Positions 8,683 through 18,728 of a DNA stretch of 64,000 nucleotides are shown in pieces. A model generated the notes under the pieces. That model did no database searches. It saw only the letters and a program-made list of their open reading frames with translations, and had not been told where the DNA came from. The position numbers and the translations under genes were made by a program. Numbering within the stretch: position 1 is the first letter of the stretch; each line of letters starts with the position of its first letter. The DNA lies in NCBI GenBank assembly GCA_902577625.1, contig CACGZX010000001.1, forward strand, positions 44,146-108,145. The letters run 5' to 3'. Source of the DNA: an uncultured Pelagibacteraceae bacterium. Its GTDB lineage: Bacteria; Pseudomonadota; Alphaproteobacteria; Pelagibacterales; Pelagibacteraceae.

Positions 8683-9378
8683 TTATTTTTTGTATTTTTT
8701 CATACAAACTTCAGCTAATAACAAGTTTGGATCAATAAATAGTTTAGATTCTTTAGCTTTTCTAAATGATTTATAAGCAAAAATAGCTATTGGTAGTTCA
8801 GTGCATCCTAAAATAATTTTTTTACATTTTTTCCTTATTAAATATTTTACAGCAGCTCTTAATGCTATTTCAGCTTCTTTAACTTTACCCATTTTAACAA
8901 GTTTAATTGCTTTATTTACAGAATTTTTTTGTAAGTTTTTTTCAGGACTAATTAGTTTAAAATTTTTATCAAAATAATCATTATAAATATTTGTTTTTAA
9001 AGTTGCCTCAGTACACAAAATACCGATAGTAGAATTTTTTTTACATTTTTTTTTCGTAAATAAATAAACTTCTTTTGGCATACTTAATAAAGGAATTTTG
9101 ATTTTCTTTTGAATATCTTTATGCCAATAATGTGCAGTATTGCATGGCATAACAATAAATTTACACTTGTTTTTTTGTAACATTTTACAACCATCAACAA
9201 GGGCTTTTAAAACATTATAGTATTTTTTTAAGTTCTCAGGTCTTTTTGGAGTATTAGATTTGTTGTAAAGAACAAACATTGGGTACTGCTGATCTAACTT
9301 CCCTCGGTTTAATTTTGCTAATTTGTTACAAAAATCTAAACCTGCTTGTGTTCCCATTCCTCCTAATATTCCGATCAT
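8683..9378 (-). CDS. Aspartate/glutamate racemase family protein
   Basis: IGILGGMG, PCNTAH, LGCTEL (both catalytic Cys present). Confidence 0.9.
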   Translation of the reverse strand: MIGILGGMGTQAGLDFCNKLAKLNRGKLDQQYPMFVLYNKSNTPKRPENLKKYYNVLKALVDGCKMLQKNKCKFIVMPCNTAHYWHKDIQKKIKIPLLSMPKEVYLFTKKKCKKNSTIGILCTEATLKTNIYNDYFDKNFKLISPEKNLQKNSVNKAIKLVKMGKVKEAEIALRAAVKYLIRKKCKKIILGCTELPIAIFAYKSFRKAKESKLFIDPNLLLAEVCMKKYKK

Positions 9379-9445
9379 AAAGATTATTTAAATATTGATT
9401 TTTGTTTTTAACATTTATGTATACAACTATATTTTAAATATAATT

Positions 9446-10198
9446 ATGCAAGACATATATATTGATGATATTGGATCAGGTTTCCCTTTAGTTTTAGTTC
9501 ACGGGTACTTAGGTTCTTCAGAAATGTGGAATTTGCAAAAAAAATTCTTAAGTAAGCATTTTAGAATAATTACACCCGCTTTACCTGGTTTTGGAGAAAG
9601 TTATAAAGCTCAATCTTTGGACAATATTAATTCAATTGCAAAATTTTTATTAAAATGTCTAGATGAAAAAAAAATAAATGAATTTCATTTAATGGGACAC
9701 TCAATGGGAGGAATGGTAGTTCAAGAAATGGTAAAAATTTCTGAAAATAGAATTAAAAAGTTAATTTGTTTTGCAACTGGTTCAATTGGGGATATCCCAG
9801 GAAGATTTGAACCAATAGAAACTACAAGAGAAAAATTAAAAAAAGATGGATTAAAAGAAACAATAAATAGAGTTCCACAAAAATGGTTTGCTAAAGGTGA
9901 TAAGGCTAAATATTATTATTTTTGCGAAAATGCAGTTAAAAATATTTCTATAGAAACGGCAGATAACGCTCTTATAGCTATGAAAAATTGGAGAGGATAT
10001 GAAAATTTAAAAAATATCAAGCAAGATACCCTGATAATTTGGGGTGATAAAGATGTTTCATATAATTTTGATCAAGTTCATATCTTAAAAAAAAATATAT
10101 CTAGTAGTCAATTAGAGATCTTTGAAGGTTGTGGTCATAATGTTCATCTTGAAGAACCTCAAAAGTTCAATGAAACAGTAAAAAATTTCTTATCATGA
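9446..10198 (+). CDS. Alpha/beta fold hydrolase
   Basis: LVHG, GHSMGG nucleophile elbow, WGDKD, GHNVHLE; start moved to ATG 9446. Confidence 0.88.
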   Translation: MQDIYIDDIGSGFPLVLVHGYLGSSEMWNLQKKFLSKHFRIITPALPGFGESYKAQSLDNINSIAKFLLKCLDEKKINEFHLMGHSMGGMVVQEMVKISENRIKKLICFATGSIGDIPGRFEPIETTREKLKKDGLKETINRVPQKWFAKGDKAKYYYFCENAVKNISIETADNALIAMKNWRGYENLKNIKQDTLIIWGDKDVSYNFDQVHILKKNISSSQLEIFEGCGHNVHLEEPQKFNETVKNFLS

Positions 10199-11361
10199 AT
10201 AGAAATCTTTCATTACTTGTTTCAAGTCAAGTATTTGCCTTTACTGCTGCTACTGTAACTGTTTTTATAAGTGGTATTATTGGATCACAATTAACTCCTA
10301 TAAAAACACTGTCTACACTTCCTCCATCAATATATGTAGTTGGAACTGCAGCGGCTACAATATTTGCTGCTAAAATAATGAGCATAATCGGAAGAAGACT
10401 TGGATTTGTGTTTTCTTCTGTTGCTGGTTCAATTGCTTGTTTGATCGGTGCTTATTCAATAATGATAGAAAGTTTTTTTATCTTTTGTATCGCTAAATTT
10501 ATTTTAGGTGCCACAATGGCTTTCACCCATCAATATCGTTTTGCTGCAGCTGAAAGTGTAGAAAAAGATAAAGCTCCCAAGGCTATTTCATCACTATTAT
10601 TAGCCGGTATCGTTGCTGCTTTTCTTGGTATAAGTTTATCAAATTATACAAAAAATTTTGTAAGCGATTATTTATATGTAGGTTCTTATTTAACATTAGC
10701 AATTTTAACATTAATACCTTCATTTTTATTATTTTTTTTTAGAGACACTAAAGAAGTTTCTTTCGAGTCTAATGAGGAAAATAAATCTAAAAATTATTTA
10801 GAATTCCTTTCTGATGCAAAATTTTTACAAGCAATTACCTCAGCAGCTTTTGCTTATGCAGTGATGTCTTTTTTAATGACAGCAACACCAATAAGTATGC
10901 ATATTGTGCATCATTTAAGTTTAGAAAAGACAGGTATAGTTCTTCAATTTCATGTTTTAGCAATGTTTTTACCATCATTATTTACTGGAAATTTAATCAA
11001 AAAGTTTGGTTATAGTTATATGATGTATGCGGGTGTTTTATTTTATATTTTAACAATCTTAATGAGTTTTTTCGAACCATCTTTTTTAAATTATTTTATC
11101 AGCTTAATTTTTTTAGGTATTGGATGGAATTTTTTATTTATATCTGGAACTAGTTTGTTGGTTACAACTTATAAACCTGAAGAAAAGTTTAAAGCTCAAG
11201 GATTTAACGATTTATTAGTTTTTTCTTCTATGGCAATTGCAAGTTTATCCGCTGGTGTTTTAATTTCTCTTGCTAGCTGGAAAACTGTTAACTTATTTTG
11301 TATACCTTTTTTGATCTTAATTGTTCTATCAATAATAAATGCAGATCGTAAAACTAGATGA
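10195..11361 (+). CDS. MFS transporter
   Basis: About 12 TM, IIGRRLGF, QYRFAAAE, MTATP. Confidence 0.88.
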   Translation: MNRNLSLLVSSQVFAFTAATVTVFISGIIGSQLTPIKTLSTLPPSIYVVGTAAATIFAAKIMSIIGRRLGFVFSSVAGSIACLIGAYSIMIESFFIFCIAKFILGATMAFTHQYRFAAAESVEKDKAPKAISSLLLAGIVAAFLGISLSNYTKNFVSDYLYVGSYLTLAILTLIPSFLLFFFRDTKEVSFESNEENKSKNYLEFLSDAKFLQAITSAAFAYAVMSFLMTATPISMHIVHHLSLEKTGIVLQFHVLAMFLPSLFTGNLIKKFGYSYMMYAGVLFYILTILMSFFEPSFLNYFISLIFLGIGWNFLFISGTSLLVTTYKPEEKFKAQGFNDLLVFSSMAIASLSAGVLISLASWKTVNLFCIPFLILIVLSIINADRKTR

Positions 11362-11972
11362 GTTTTTTAATACTTGGTTTCATTACAGGTTTGAGTTTAA
11401 TTTTTGCAATTGGGGCTCAAAATATTTTTGTAATTGAACAAGGTTTAAAGAAACAATATGTTTTTTTAGTTTGTTTAATTTGTTCAATATCAGACTTAAT
11501 TTTAATTTTTTTAGGAATATTTTTATTTGAATATTTTAAAATTTACTTCACAAAAAATGTTGAATTAATTTTTAATATATTGCTTTTTATCTTCTTAATT
11601 TACTTTATTTATAGCAAAGTGAGGTCTTTATATAAAAGATCAGAAATAAACTTTGAAGGCAGTAATTTATCCCTTAAAAATATAATAATTAAAACTCTAG
11701 GATTTACATATTTAAATCCACATGTTTATTCAGATACAGTATTTTTTTTAGGAAATTTTTCAAAGAATTTCTTAATTTCACATAAATTTTTTTTTGGAAT
11801 AGGTGCAGCTATTGCATCATTTTTATTTTTTTTCTCATTAGGTTATTTAGCTAAATTTTTTTCAAACTATTTAATAGATTCAAGAGCTTGGAAAATTATA
11901 AATTTTTTTATAATTATATTTATGACTGTTTTATCAAGTTATGTATTTATAGAAATTATAGATTTAGTTTGA
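11358..11972 (+). CDS. LysE/ArgO family amino acid exporter
   Basis: LIFAIGAQNIFVI.QG, TYLNPHVY.DT. Confidence 0.9.
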   Translation: MSFLILGFITGLSLIFAIGAQNIFVIEQGLKKQYVFLVCLICSISDLILIFLGIFLFEYFKIYFTKNVELIFNILLFIFLIYFIYSKVRSLYKRSEINFEGSNLSLKNIIIKTLGFTYLNPHVYSDTVFFLGNFSKNFLISHKFFFGIGAAIASFLFFFSLGYLAKFFSNYLIDSRAWKIINFFIIIFMTVLSSYVFIEIIDLV

Positions 11973-12007
11973 CATCTATATATTAAAATTAATATTATAA
12001 ATTAATT

Positions 12008-13063
12008 ATGTCTAATATTAAATTTTCAAATGTTCATAAGTCATTTGGTCAAAATAAAATTATTAATAATTTTAATCTTGAAGGCAAAGAGGATGAATTT
12101 TTAGTTCTAGTTGGACCATCAGGATGTGGTAAGTCTACTTTATTGAGAATGATCGCAGGTTTAGAAAAAGTCGATAAAGGAAAAATTCAAATCAATGATA
12201 AAATTATCAACGAATTACATCCCTCGAAAAGAGAAACAGCGATGGTTTTCCAATCTTATGCTTTGTATCCTCATATGAATGTCTATGAGAATATGTCTTT
12301 TGGACTCAAAATTGAAAAACAAAGCAAAGAGGAAATTCAAACAAAAGTTTTAAGAGCAGCAAAAATACTTAAAATTGAAGAACTTTTAGAAAGAAGACCT
12401 AAACAGTTATCTGGAGGTCAAAGACAAAGAGTGGCTATTGGAAGAGCAATTACCAGAAATCCTAAAATATTTTTATTTGATGAACCATTGTCAAATCTAG
12501 ACGCGGCATTGAGGGCGGAAATGAGAGTTGAGATTTCAAAGCTACATCAACAAATCAAGACAAATATGATTTATGTTACCCATGATCAAGTTGAGGCAAT
12601 GACTTTAGCAGATAGAATAGTTATTTTAAATGAAGGCAATATAGAACAAGTAGGTACACCAGAAGAAATTTATAGTGATCCAGCTAACATTTTTGTTGCA
12701 CAATTTATAGGTACTCCAAAAATGAATATTTTAGAAATTGATGAAAAAGATATTAAATCAGAAAAAATAATAAAAGTATTAGGCAACGAACTTACTATAA
12801 AAAATGTAAAATTAGAAAAAAGAAAACATTTTATTGGAATTAGACCAGAACATTTAAAAATAAGCAATGAAACAAAATTTAAATTTTCACCTGAAATAGA
12901 TATTATTGAGAATTTAGGAAACGAAAAAATTGTTTATATGAAAAAAGATAACCATCAATTAAGTGCCAAAATATCTAGTGGATCTGAAATTGGAAATTCA
13001 TTCGGTTTTGATCTTCAAAACATTTTTATTTTTAATGAAAATGGAAAAAGGATCAAAAGTTAA
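12008..13063 (+). CDS. Sugar ABC transporter ATP-binding protein (MalK/UgpC type)
   Basis: GPSGCGKST, VFQSYALYPHM, LSGGQRQR, DEPLSNLDA; TTGACA..TATTAT promoter-like motif upstream. Confidence 0.93.
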   Translation: MSNIKFSNVHKSFGQNKIINNFNLEGKEDEFLVLVGPSGCGKSTLLRMIAGLEKVDKGKIQINDKIINELHPSKRETAMVFQSYALYPHMNVYENMSFGLKIEKQSKEEIQTKVLRAAKILKIEELLERRPKQLSGGQRQRVAIGRAITRNPKIFLFDEPLSNLDAALRAEMRVEISKLHQQIKTNMIYVTHDQVEAMTLADRIVILNEGNIEQVGTPEEIYSDPANIFVAQFIGTPKMNILEIDEKDIKSEKIIKVLGNELTIKNVKLEKRKHFIGIRPEHLKISNETKFKFSPEIDIIENLGNEKIVYMKKDNHQLSAKISSGSEIGNSFGFDLQNIFIFNENGKRIKS

Positions 13064-13114
13064 CTCAACTTATAATTGATATTTTTTTATAAAATTTGAT
13101 ATTTTATAACAAAA

Positions 13115-13196
13115 AATTGTATGCACTAATTGCATAGCTGACCATTAGAACTACCGATTGAGACAATTTGTCATTAACTTAATATCCGAAACAATT
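13115..13196 (+). ncRNA. Candidate structured 5' leader of the sugar-binding protein gene
   Basis: AATTGT/ACAATT closes three short hairpins just 5' of SD AAGGAG; folded by eye only. Confidence 0.3.
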
Positions 13197-13212
13197 AAAA
13201 CAAGGAGATGTT

Positions 13213-14538
13213 ATGAAAAACATATTTAAACTTATCTGCATCTTAACTTTGTTTTATTCAAATATAGTTTATGCAGATATTAAATTTTGGACCACGGAAG
13301 TCCAACCAGACAGAATGGCTAAACAGGAAGAGATGGCAAAATCTTTTGAAGCTAAAACTGGAATTAAAGTTGAAGTAATTCCAATTGAAGAAAAAGATTT
13401 AGGAACTCGAGCAACAGCCGCAGCAGCATCTGGAAATCTTCCGGATGTAATCTATCATACTTTGCAATATGTTCTGCCATGGGCTGAAGCAGGTATCTTA
13501 GATGTTGATGCTAATAATGATGTAGTTAAGGCACTTGGTAAAAAAACTTTTGCACCTGGAGCACTTAATATGGCTAAATCAGGTTCTAAAATAGCAGCAG
13601 TACCAGTGGACGGATGGACTCAAATGGTAGTCTATAGAAAAGATCTATTTGAAAAAGCTGGACTAGATGCACCAACAAATTATGCAAATATTACTAAAGC
13701 AATAAAAGCTTTATCAGGTGATAATATGTATGGTTTCGTTGCAGCAACAAAAACTGACGAAAACTTTATGAGTCAAGTTTTAGAGCATGTTCTTTTAGCA
13801 AACGGTGTAAATTTAGTTAAAAAAGGTGGAACAAAAAAACAAGGTAAAGCTTTAAAAAATTCTTTAGAATTTTACAAAGTTTTAGCTAAAGCTAGTCCTC
13901 CAGGAGAGCTTTATTGGAAACAATCTAGAGCATTGTATTTTGCTGGTAGAACACCAATGATAATTTGGTCTCCATTTATAATGGATGAATTAGCAGGACT
14001 AAGAGACTCTGCACCGCCAACATTTAACGTTGATCCAACTTCTAATGAGTTAGCACAAAAAACTGGTTTTATAACTAATTTTAGTGGGCCAAATAATAAA
14101 AAAGGAGCCGCTTGGGCAGATATTAGATATTTTGGAATAACTGCAGATGCAGATACAGATGAAGCTAAAAAATTTATCATGTATTCTATGGATGAAGGTT
14201 ACGCAAGTACATTATCTATAGCTCCAGAAGGTAAATTCCCAGTAAGAAGAGGTAACTCTAGCGATCCAAATGCATTTACAAAAGCTTGGAGTAAATTACC
14301 TGTAGGAGTAGACAGAAAAGCTCCGTTAACAGATCTTTACTCTGCTGATGTAATTAATAACATTGTTGCAGGATTAGATACTGCAAGCAGATGGGGAGTT
14401 AAAGAAGGGGAATTATCTAGAGCATCAAAAATTATTAACGCTCAGTTTCTAAATAGAATCACTAGAGAATATATAGACGATGAAATCTCTGTTGATGAAG
14501 CTGTTAATAAAATTAATGCTGAGTTAGCTAAATTCTAA
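13213..14538 (+). CDS. Sugar ABC transporter substrate-binding protein
   Basis: Signal peptide, AAASGNLPDV, YRKDLFEKAG.DAP; operon context. Confidence 0.9.
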   Translation: MKNIFKLICILTLFYSNIVYADIKFWTTEVQPDRMAKQEEMAKSFEAKTGIKVEVIPIEEKDLGTRATAAAASGNLPDVIYHTLQYVLPWAEAGILDVDANNDVVKALGKKTFAPGALNMAKSGSKIAAVPVDGWTQMVVYRKDLFEKAGLDAPTNYANITKAIKALSGDNMYGFVAATKTDENFMSQVLEHVLLANGVNLVKKGGTKKQGKALKNSLEFYKVLAKASPPGELYWKQSRALYFAGRTPMIIWSPFIMDELAGLRDSAPPTFNVDPTSNELAQKTGFITNFSGPNNKKGAAWADIRYFGITADADTDEAKKFIMYSMDEGYASTLSIAPEGKFPVRRGNSSDPNAFTKAWSKLPVGVDRKAPLTDLYSADVINNIVAGLDTASRWGVKEGELSRASKIINAQFLNRITREYIDDEISVDEAVNKINAELAKF

Positions 14539-14552
14539 TAATTTTAATTTTT

Positions 14553-14588
14553 AAAAAAAGCGGGTAATATTATTTATCCGCTTTTTTT
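14553..14588 (+). terminator. Intrinsic terminator/stabilising hairpin after the binding-protein gene
   Basis: AAAAAAAGCGG...CCGCTTTTTTT. Confidence 0.8.
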
Positions 14589-14589
14589 T

Positions 14590-15849
14590 ATGAACGATAC
14601 ACTAGCAAAAACAGAAAAGAGAACAGCATATATACTAACTTTACCTGCGGTATTTTTAGTTTTTGCAATAGTTTTATTTCCAATTTTTGCAAATGTTTGG
14701 ATTAGTTTTAAAGAAGTCGAATTAAAAGATATAAGAATACCCGAACCACGGGCAAAAAAAATTGTTAAATCTATTTCAGGAGAAACTACAAAAATTAAAA
14801 TTCTTTATAAACTGAGAAATAGCTCTTTATTACAAGAAATTAGAGATGTTACTTTTCAAGACAAATATCCTAAAAATTTTCAACCAAAAGATTTAGACAA
14901 AAGATGTGAATTCAAAAAAAATAAATTAAATTGTAAATTTGGAAATTGGCCAGCAAAATACAGAGAAAACTTTGAAGTAATATTTGAGACTAAAGATGGA
15001 TCTAATGTAAGTAAAAAGGAAATAAAATCAATAAAACCAAAGCTAAAAGGAAAGTCTGATAATATTTTACTTAATACAAAGTTTACTCTAAAAAATTTTA
15101 AAAAAGTTCTATTCGAGAATGAGTTTATAGATCTATTATTAACTACATTTTATTATACTTTTTTTGGCACCGTTGGTTCAATTGTATTTGGGATATTGAC
15201 TGCTCAAATGGTCAACCAGAAATTCTTTGGTAGAACATTTATGAGGAGTGTTTTGCTTTTTCCATATGTAGCACCAGTTGTAGCATTAGCTTATACTTGG
15301 GAGCTTTTACTTGATCCGAACAGCGGTACTTTAAATAGTTTGTTAATTAATTATCAAATAATAGAAACACCGATTAATCTATTAGGTCAAAAATATATTG
15401 CAGTAAATATTTTAGGATTCGATTTTAAATTAAGACTTGCTCTTACAACAGTTATTATTTTTGAAATATGGAGATATTTTCCGTTGGCCTTTTTATTTAT
15501 TCTTGCCAGACTACAGGCTATTCCAAAGGAATTATATGAAGCTGCTGATGTAGATGGAGCAAGTCCTTTCCAAAAATTTTTTAAAATAACATTGCCTCAG
15601 GTTACAGCTGTAATTTCTATTTTGTTCATGATTAGATTTATTTGGAATTTTAATAAATTTGAGGATGTCTTTTTGCTAACAGGTGGAGCATCTGGAACTA
15701 GGACTTTGCCAATAAATGTTTATCAGCAAGGTTTTGCAATATCAGATATTGGTACTGGCTCAGCTGTATCTATAGTAATAGTAATTCTTTTACTTCTTTT
15801 CATGTTTTTCTATTTTAAACTTTTAGGAAAGAGAGTTGATGAAAACTAA
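14590..15849 (+). CDS. Sugar ABC permease (MalF type) with a large periplasmic insertion
   Basis: EAA motif LQAIPKELYEAADVDGAS, LLTGG; about 120-aa soluble insert after TM1. Confidence 0.9.
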   Translation: MNDTLAKTEKRTAYILTLPAVFLVFAIVLFPIFANVWISFKEVELKDIRIPEPRAKKIVKSISGETTKIKILYKLRNSSLLQEIRDVTFQDKYPKNFQPKDLDKRCEFKKNKLNCKFGNWPAKYRENFEVIFETKDGSNVSKKEIKSIKPKLKGKSDNILLNTKFTLKNFKKVLFENEFIDLLLTTFYYTFFGTVGSIVFGILTAQMVNQKFFGRTFMRSVLLFPYVAPVVALAYTWELLLDPNSGTLNSLLINYQIIETPINLLGQKYIAVNILGFDFKLRLALTTVIIFEIWRYFPLAFLFILARLQAIPKELYEAADVDGASPFQKFFKITLPQVTAVISILFMIRFIWNFNKFEDVFLLTGGASGTRTLPINVYQQGFAISDIGTGSAVSIVIVILLLLFMFFYFKLLGKRVDEN

Positions 15850-17032
15850 AAATATTATAATTTTTTCAATTATTTCATCTTTCTTTTTAGTAAGTTTGAT
15901 TTCTATATGGAAAATACTAGTTACATTACAAGGTATAAAATTAGAAAACTTTAATTTTCAAATTATTTTTTTACTTGGTTTTTTAATTTCATTGGCCCAT
16001 GTTATAATAGGAAATAAACTTAATTATATTTTAAAATTAATAATTTTTTCATTAATATTTATATTTATTGATGGTTATTTAATTCAGTCTATGCCCATTT
16101 GGTATAATATTGGAGTATTTTTAATTCTTTATTTTTTCATTAATAAAATTAAAAAGTTTAACAACAAAATTTTGGAAGAAGAACATTCTACTCAAATAAT
16201 AATTTTCGATTTTTTAACACTTTTTGGAATAGTACTATTTTCATTTGTAATTCTATTTCCATTTTACATGATGGTAGTTACTAGCTTTAAAACACAAATT
16301 GCATTATTAGTTAATCCTTTAGACTTTAGTATAAATTTTGCTCAAGGATTTAAAGATTTATTCAAATCATATTTTGTAATATTTAAATCTTACAAATTTG
16401 GAAAGTATATATTAACTAGTACTATTGTATCTCTAGGAACTGTATTCATCACTCTAGTTTTTGCAATTCCAGCTGCTTATGCTATTGCCAGATTAAATTT
16501 TTTCGGAAAAACATTTCTATCAACATCAATATTGATAATTTATATGTTCCCAGCAATTGTTTTAGTGATACCACTTTATACTGTTTTTAGTCAGTTGGGT
16601 TTGAGAAATTCCATTGAGGGATTATTAATTGTTTATACTGCTACCACTCTTCCTGTGGCTATATATATGTTACAAGGATATTTCAAAAGTATCCCTAAAG
16701 AATTAGAAGAAGCAGCGATATTAGATAAATTAAGCTGGTTTGGAATTATAACTAAAATAATAATTCCACTTAGTATTCCGGCTATTTCATCAGTTGCTTT
16801 ATACGTATTTATGATAGCCTGGAATGAATTCTTATTTTCTTTAATGTTTTTAGATAATCCAAATTCTTTTACACTTTCAAGGGCAATACAGTATCTAAGT
16901 GGTGATGCTGAAACTCCTAGACAATATCTTATGGCAGGATCAGTAATAGTGACCTTACCCGTTTTATTTATTTTTGTTTACTTTGAAAAATATTTAGTAA
17001 GCGGATTAACAGCAGGAAGCGTGAAGGGCTAA
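15839..17032 (+). CDS. Sugar ABC permease (MalG type) with extra N-terminal TM segments
   Basis: FKSIPKELEEAA.LD, AWNEFL, GLTAGSVKG. Confidence 0.9.
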   Translation: MKTKNIIIFSIISSFFLVSLISIWKILVTLQGIKLENFNFQIIFLLGFLISLAHVIIGNKLNYILKLIIFSLIFIFIDGYLIQSMPIWYNIGVFLILYFFINKIKKFNNKILEEEHSTQIIIFDFLTLFGIVLFSFVILFPFYMMVVTSFKTQIALLVNPLDFSINFAQGFKDLFKSYFVIFKSYKFGKYILTSTIVSLGTVFITLVFAIPAAYAIARLNFFGKTFLSTSILIIYMFPAIVLVIPLYTVFSQLGLRNSIEGLLIVYTATTLPVAIYMLQGYFKSIPKELEEAAILDKLSWFGIITKIIIPLSIPAISSVALYVFMIAWNEFLFSLMFLDNPNSFTLSRAIQYLSGDAETPRQYLMAGSVIVTLPVLFIFVYFEKYLVSGLTAGSVKG

Positions 17033-18294
17033 TGAGTGATTTAGTTGAGGTTGCTAAAAAAATTCTTCTAGAGAATAGAAGGGCTGGCTACACACTACCT
17101 ACAAATAATAAGCTATACCCAGCTCAGTGGAATTGGGACTCAGCTTTTATATCGTTAGGTTATTCATATTTTAATTTAGATTATGCAATTCAGGAATTGG
17201 AAACTCTTTTAAAGGGTCAATGGGACGATGGTATGGTACCACATATTTTGTTTCATGAAGTTGATGACAGCTATTTTCCAAACCACACGACATGGTCTTG
17301 TGGAAAAGAAATACCATCTTCTGGAATTACCCAACCACCAATAGCAGCATCAATCTTAAGAATAATTGTTAAAAATAATTCATTAGATGAAACGCAAAAT
17401 AAAAAAGTTTTTAATCTAGTTTGTAAATTAAAAAAATATCATGAATGGTTTTTTAAAAATAGAGACCAAAATCAATCGGGATTAATATCTATAATACACC
17501 CGTGGGAAAGTGGTTATGATAATTCTCCATTATGGGACTTTGCATTATCTAAAATAAATGTAGATAAAAATTTATCATACGAAAGAAGAGATCTTAAAGT
17601 TTCAAAAAATGATGAAAGACCACTAAAAAAAGATTATGATTGCTATATAACTCTCTTAAATCAATTTAAGTCAGACAATTATAATCCTAATAAACTTTTA
17701 AATAATTCTATGTTTAATATTATTGATATTGGTTTTAATTCAATTTTTCTTAAAGCGAATAAAGATTTAATAGAACTATTAAAATTATTTAAATTAGATT
17801 ATTTAGATTTAGAAGAAAAAATCAAAAAAACAGAAAATAAAATATTTGATTTATATAATGAAAAAGAAAAAATGTTTTTTTCATTTGATTTAAAAAATAA
17901 TGAGGAAATTAAAATACCCTCATTAACTAATTTCTTTATTTTATTTGCAGATTTGAACCATCATGATGTGAATACAAAAATAATTAAAAATCTTGAAGAT
18001 TTTAATGTAAATGAGAAGTATTTTTTTACTACAATAAAACCCGACCATCATTCATTCGAAGAGAAAAGATACTGGAGAGGCCCTGTATGGATTAATACTA
18101 ATTGGATAATTTATAAATCTTTAATTAATAAAAATAGAAATTTCGCCGAAAAAGTAAAAAAACAAACAATTAAATTAATTAATCAAAATAACTTTCATGA
18201 ATATTACAGTTCTAAAACCGGTCTCCCTTTTGGTGCAAATAACTTTTCATGGTCTGCAGCTCTTTATTTAGATTTAATGTTGAGTAAAAATTAG
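17032..18294 (+). CDS. GH63-like glycoside hydrolase (mannosyl/glucosylglycerate hydrolase type)
   Basis: LYPAQWNWDSAF, GMVPH, SGITQPP, HPWESGYDNSP, YWRGPVW, HEYY, FSWSAA. Confidence 0.85.
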   Translation: MSDLVEVAKKILLENRRAGYTLPTNNKLYPAQWNWDSAFISLGYSYFNLDYAIQELETLLKGQWDDGMVPHILFHEVDDSYFPNHTTWSCGKEIPSSGITQPPIAASILRIIVKNNSLDETQNKKVFNLVCKLKKYHEWFFKNRDQNQSGLISIIHPWESGYDNSPLWDFALSKINVDKNLSYERRDLKVSKNDERPLKKDYDCYITLLNQFKSDNYNPNKLLNNSMFNIIDIGFNSIFLKANKDLIELLKLFKLDYLDLEEKIKKTENKIFDLYNEKEKMFFSFDLKNNEEIKIPSLTNFFILFADLNHHDVNTKIIKNLEDFNVNEKYFFTTIKPDHHSFEEKRYWRGPVWINTNWIIYKSLINKNRNFAEKVKKQTIKLINQNNFHEYYSSKTGLPFGANNFSWSAALYLDLMLSKN

Positions 18295-18300
18295 ATTAAG

Positions 18301-18353
18301 TTTGATAGGGGTAGTAATGGGGGTCTATTGGTTAATTTAAAACCCCTATCAAA
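18301..18353. terminator. 12-bp stem with a 29-nt loop between convergent genes
   Basis: TTTGATAGGGGT (18301-18312) pairs with ACCCCTATCAAA (18342-18353). Confidence 0.6.
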
Positions 18354-18362
18354 TTTTGTTAC

Positions 18363-18569
18363 TTAGCTTTTAAAAAGATTGAGAGCTTTAATAAGCAGCT
18401 CCTCAGATTTTGCATGGTCACCTTCTTCATGTGCTTTTTTACCAGCATCTCTTAATTCCATAACTTGTTGCATTTTTTCATCTACTTTTCCAACTAGCTT
18501 AAGGCAAGATCCAGCAAAAGCAGAACTTGAGAAAAGTACCAAAGTGATTGTAATTAATAATTTTTTCAT
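18363..18569 (-). CDS. Small secreted helical protein
   Basis: Signal peptide ending SAFA, ELR..G...H..G.H..SE motif, SD GAGG. Confidence 0.8.
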   Translation of the reverse strand: MKKLLITITLVLFSSSAFAGSCLKLVGKVDEKMQQVMELRDAGKKAHEEGDHAKSEELLIKALNLFKS

Positions 18570-18728
18570 ATTTTTCCTCTCAAAGTCATTTTAATAATAT
18601 TAATAAAATAATTTTAAGATAATTTTTTGTCACAGCACAAATGTGTCAACTTGTTACACTTGTTTGAGTTGATAAAAATATTTTTATAACCATATGAGTT
18701 GCATGGATTACACAACTGAACATTTAAT

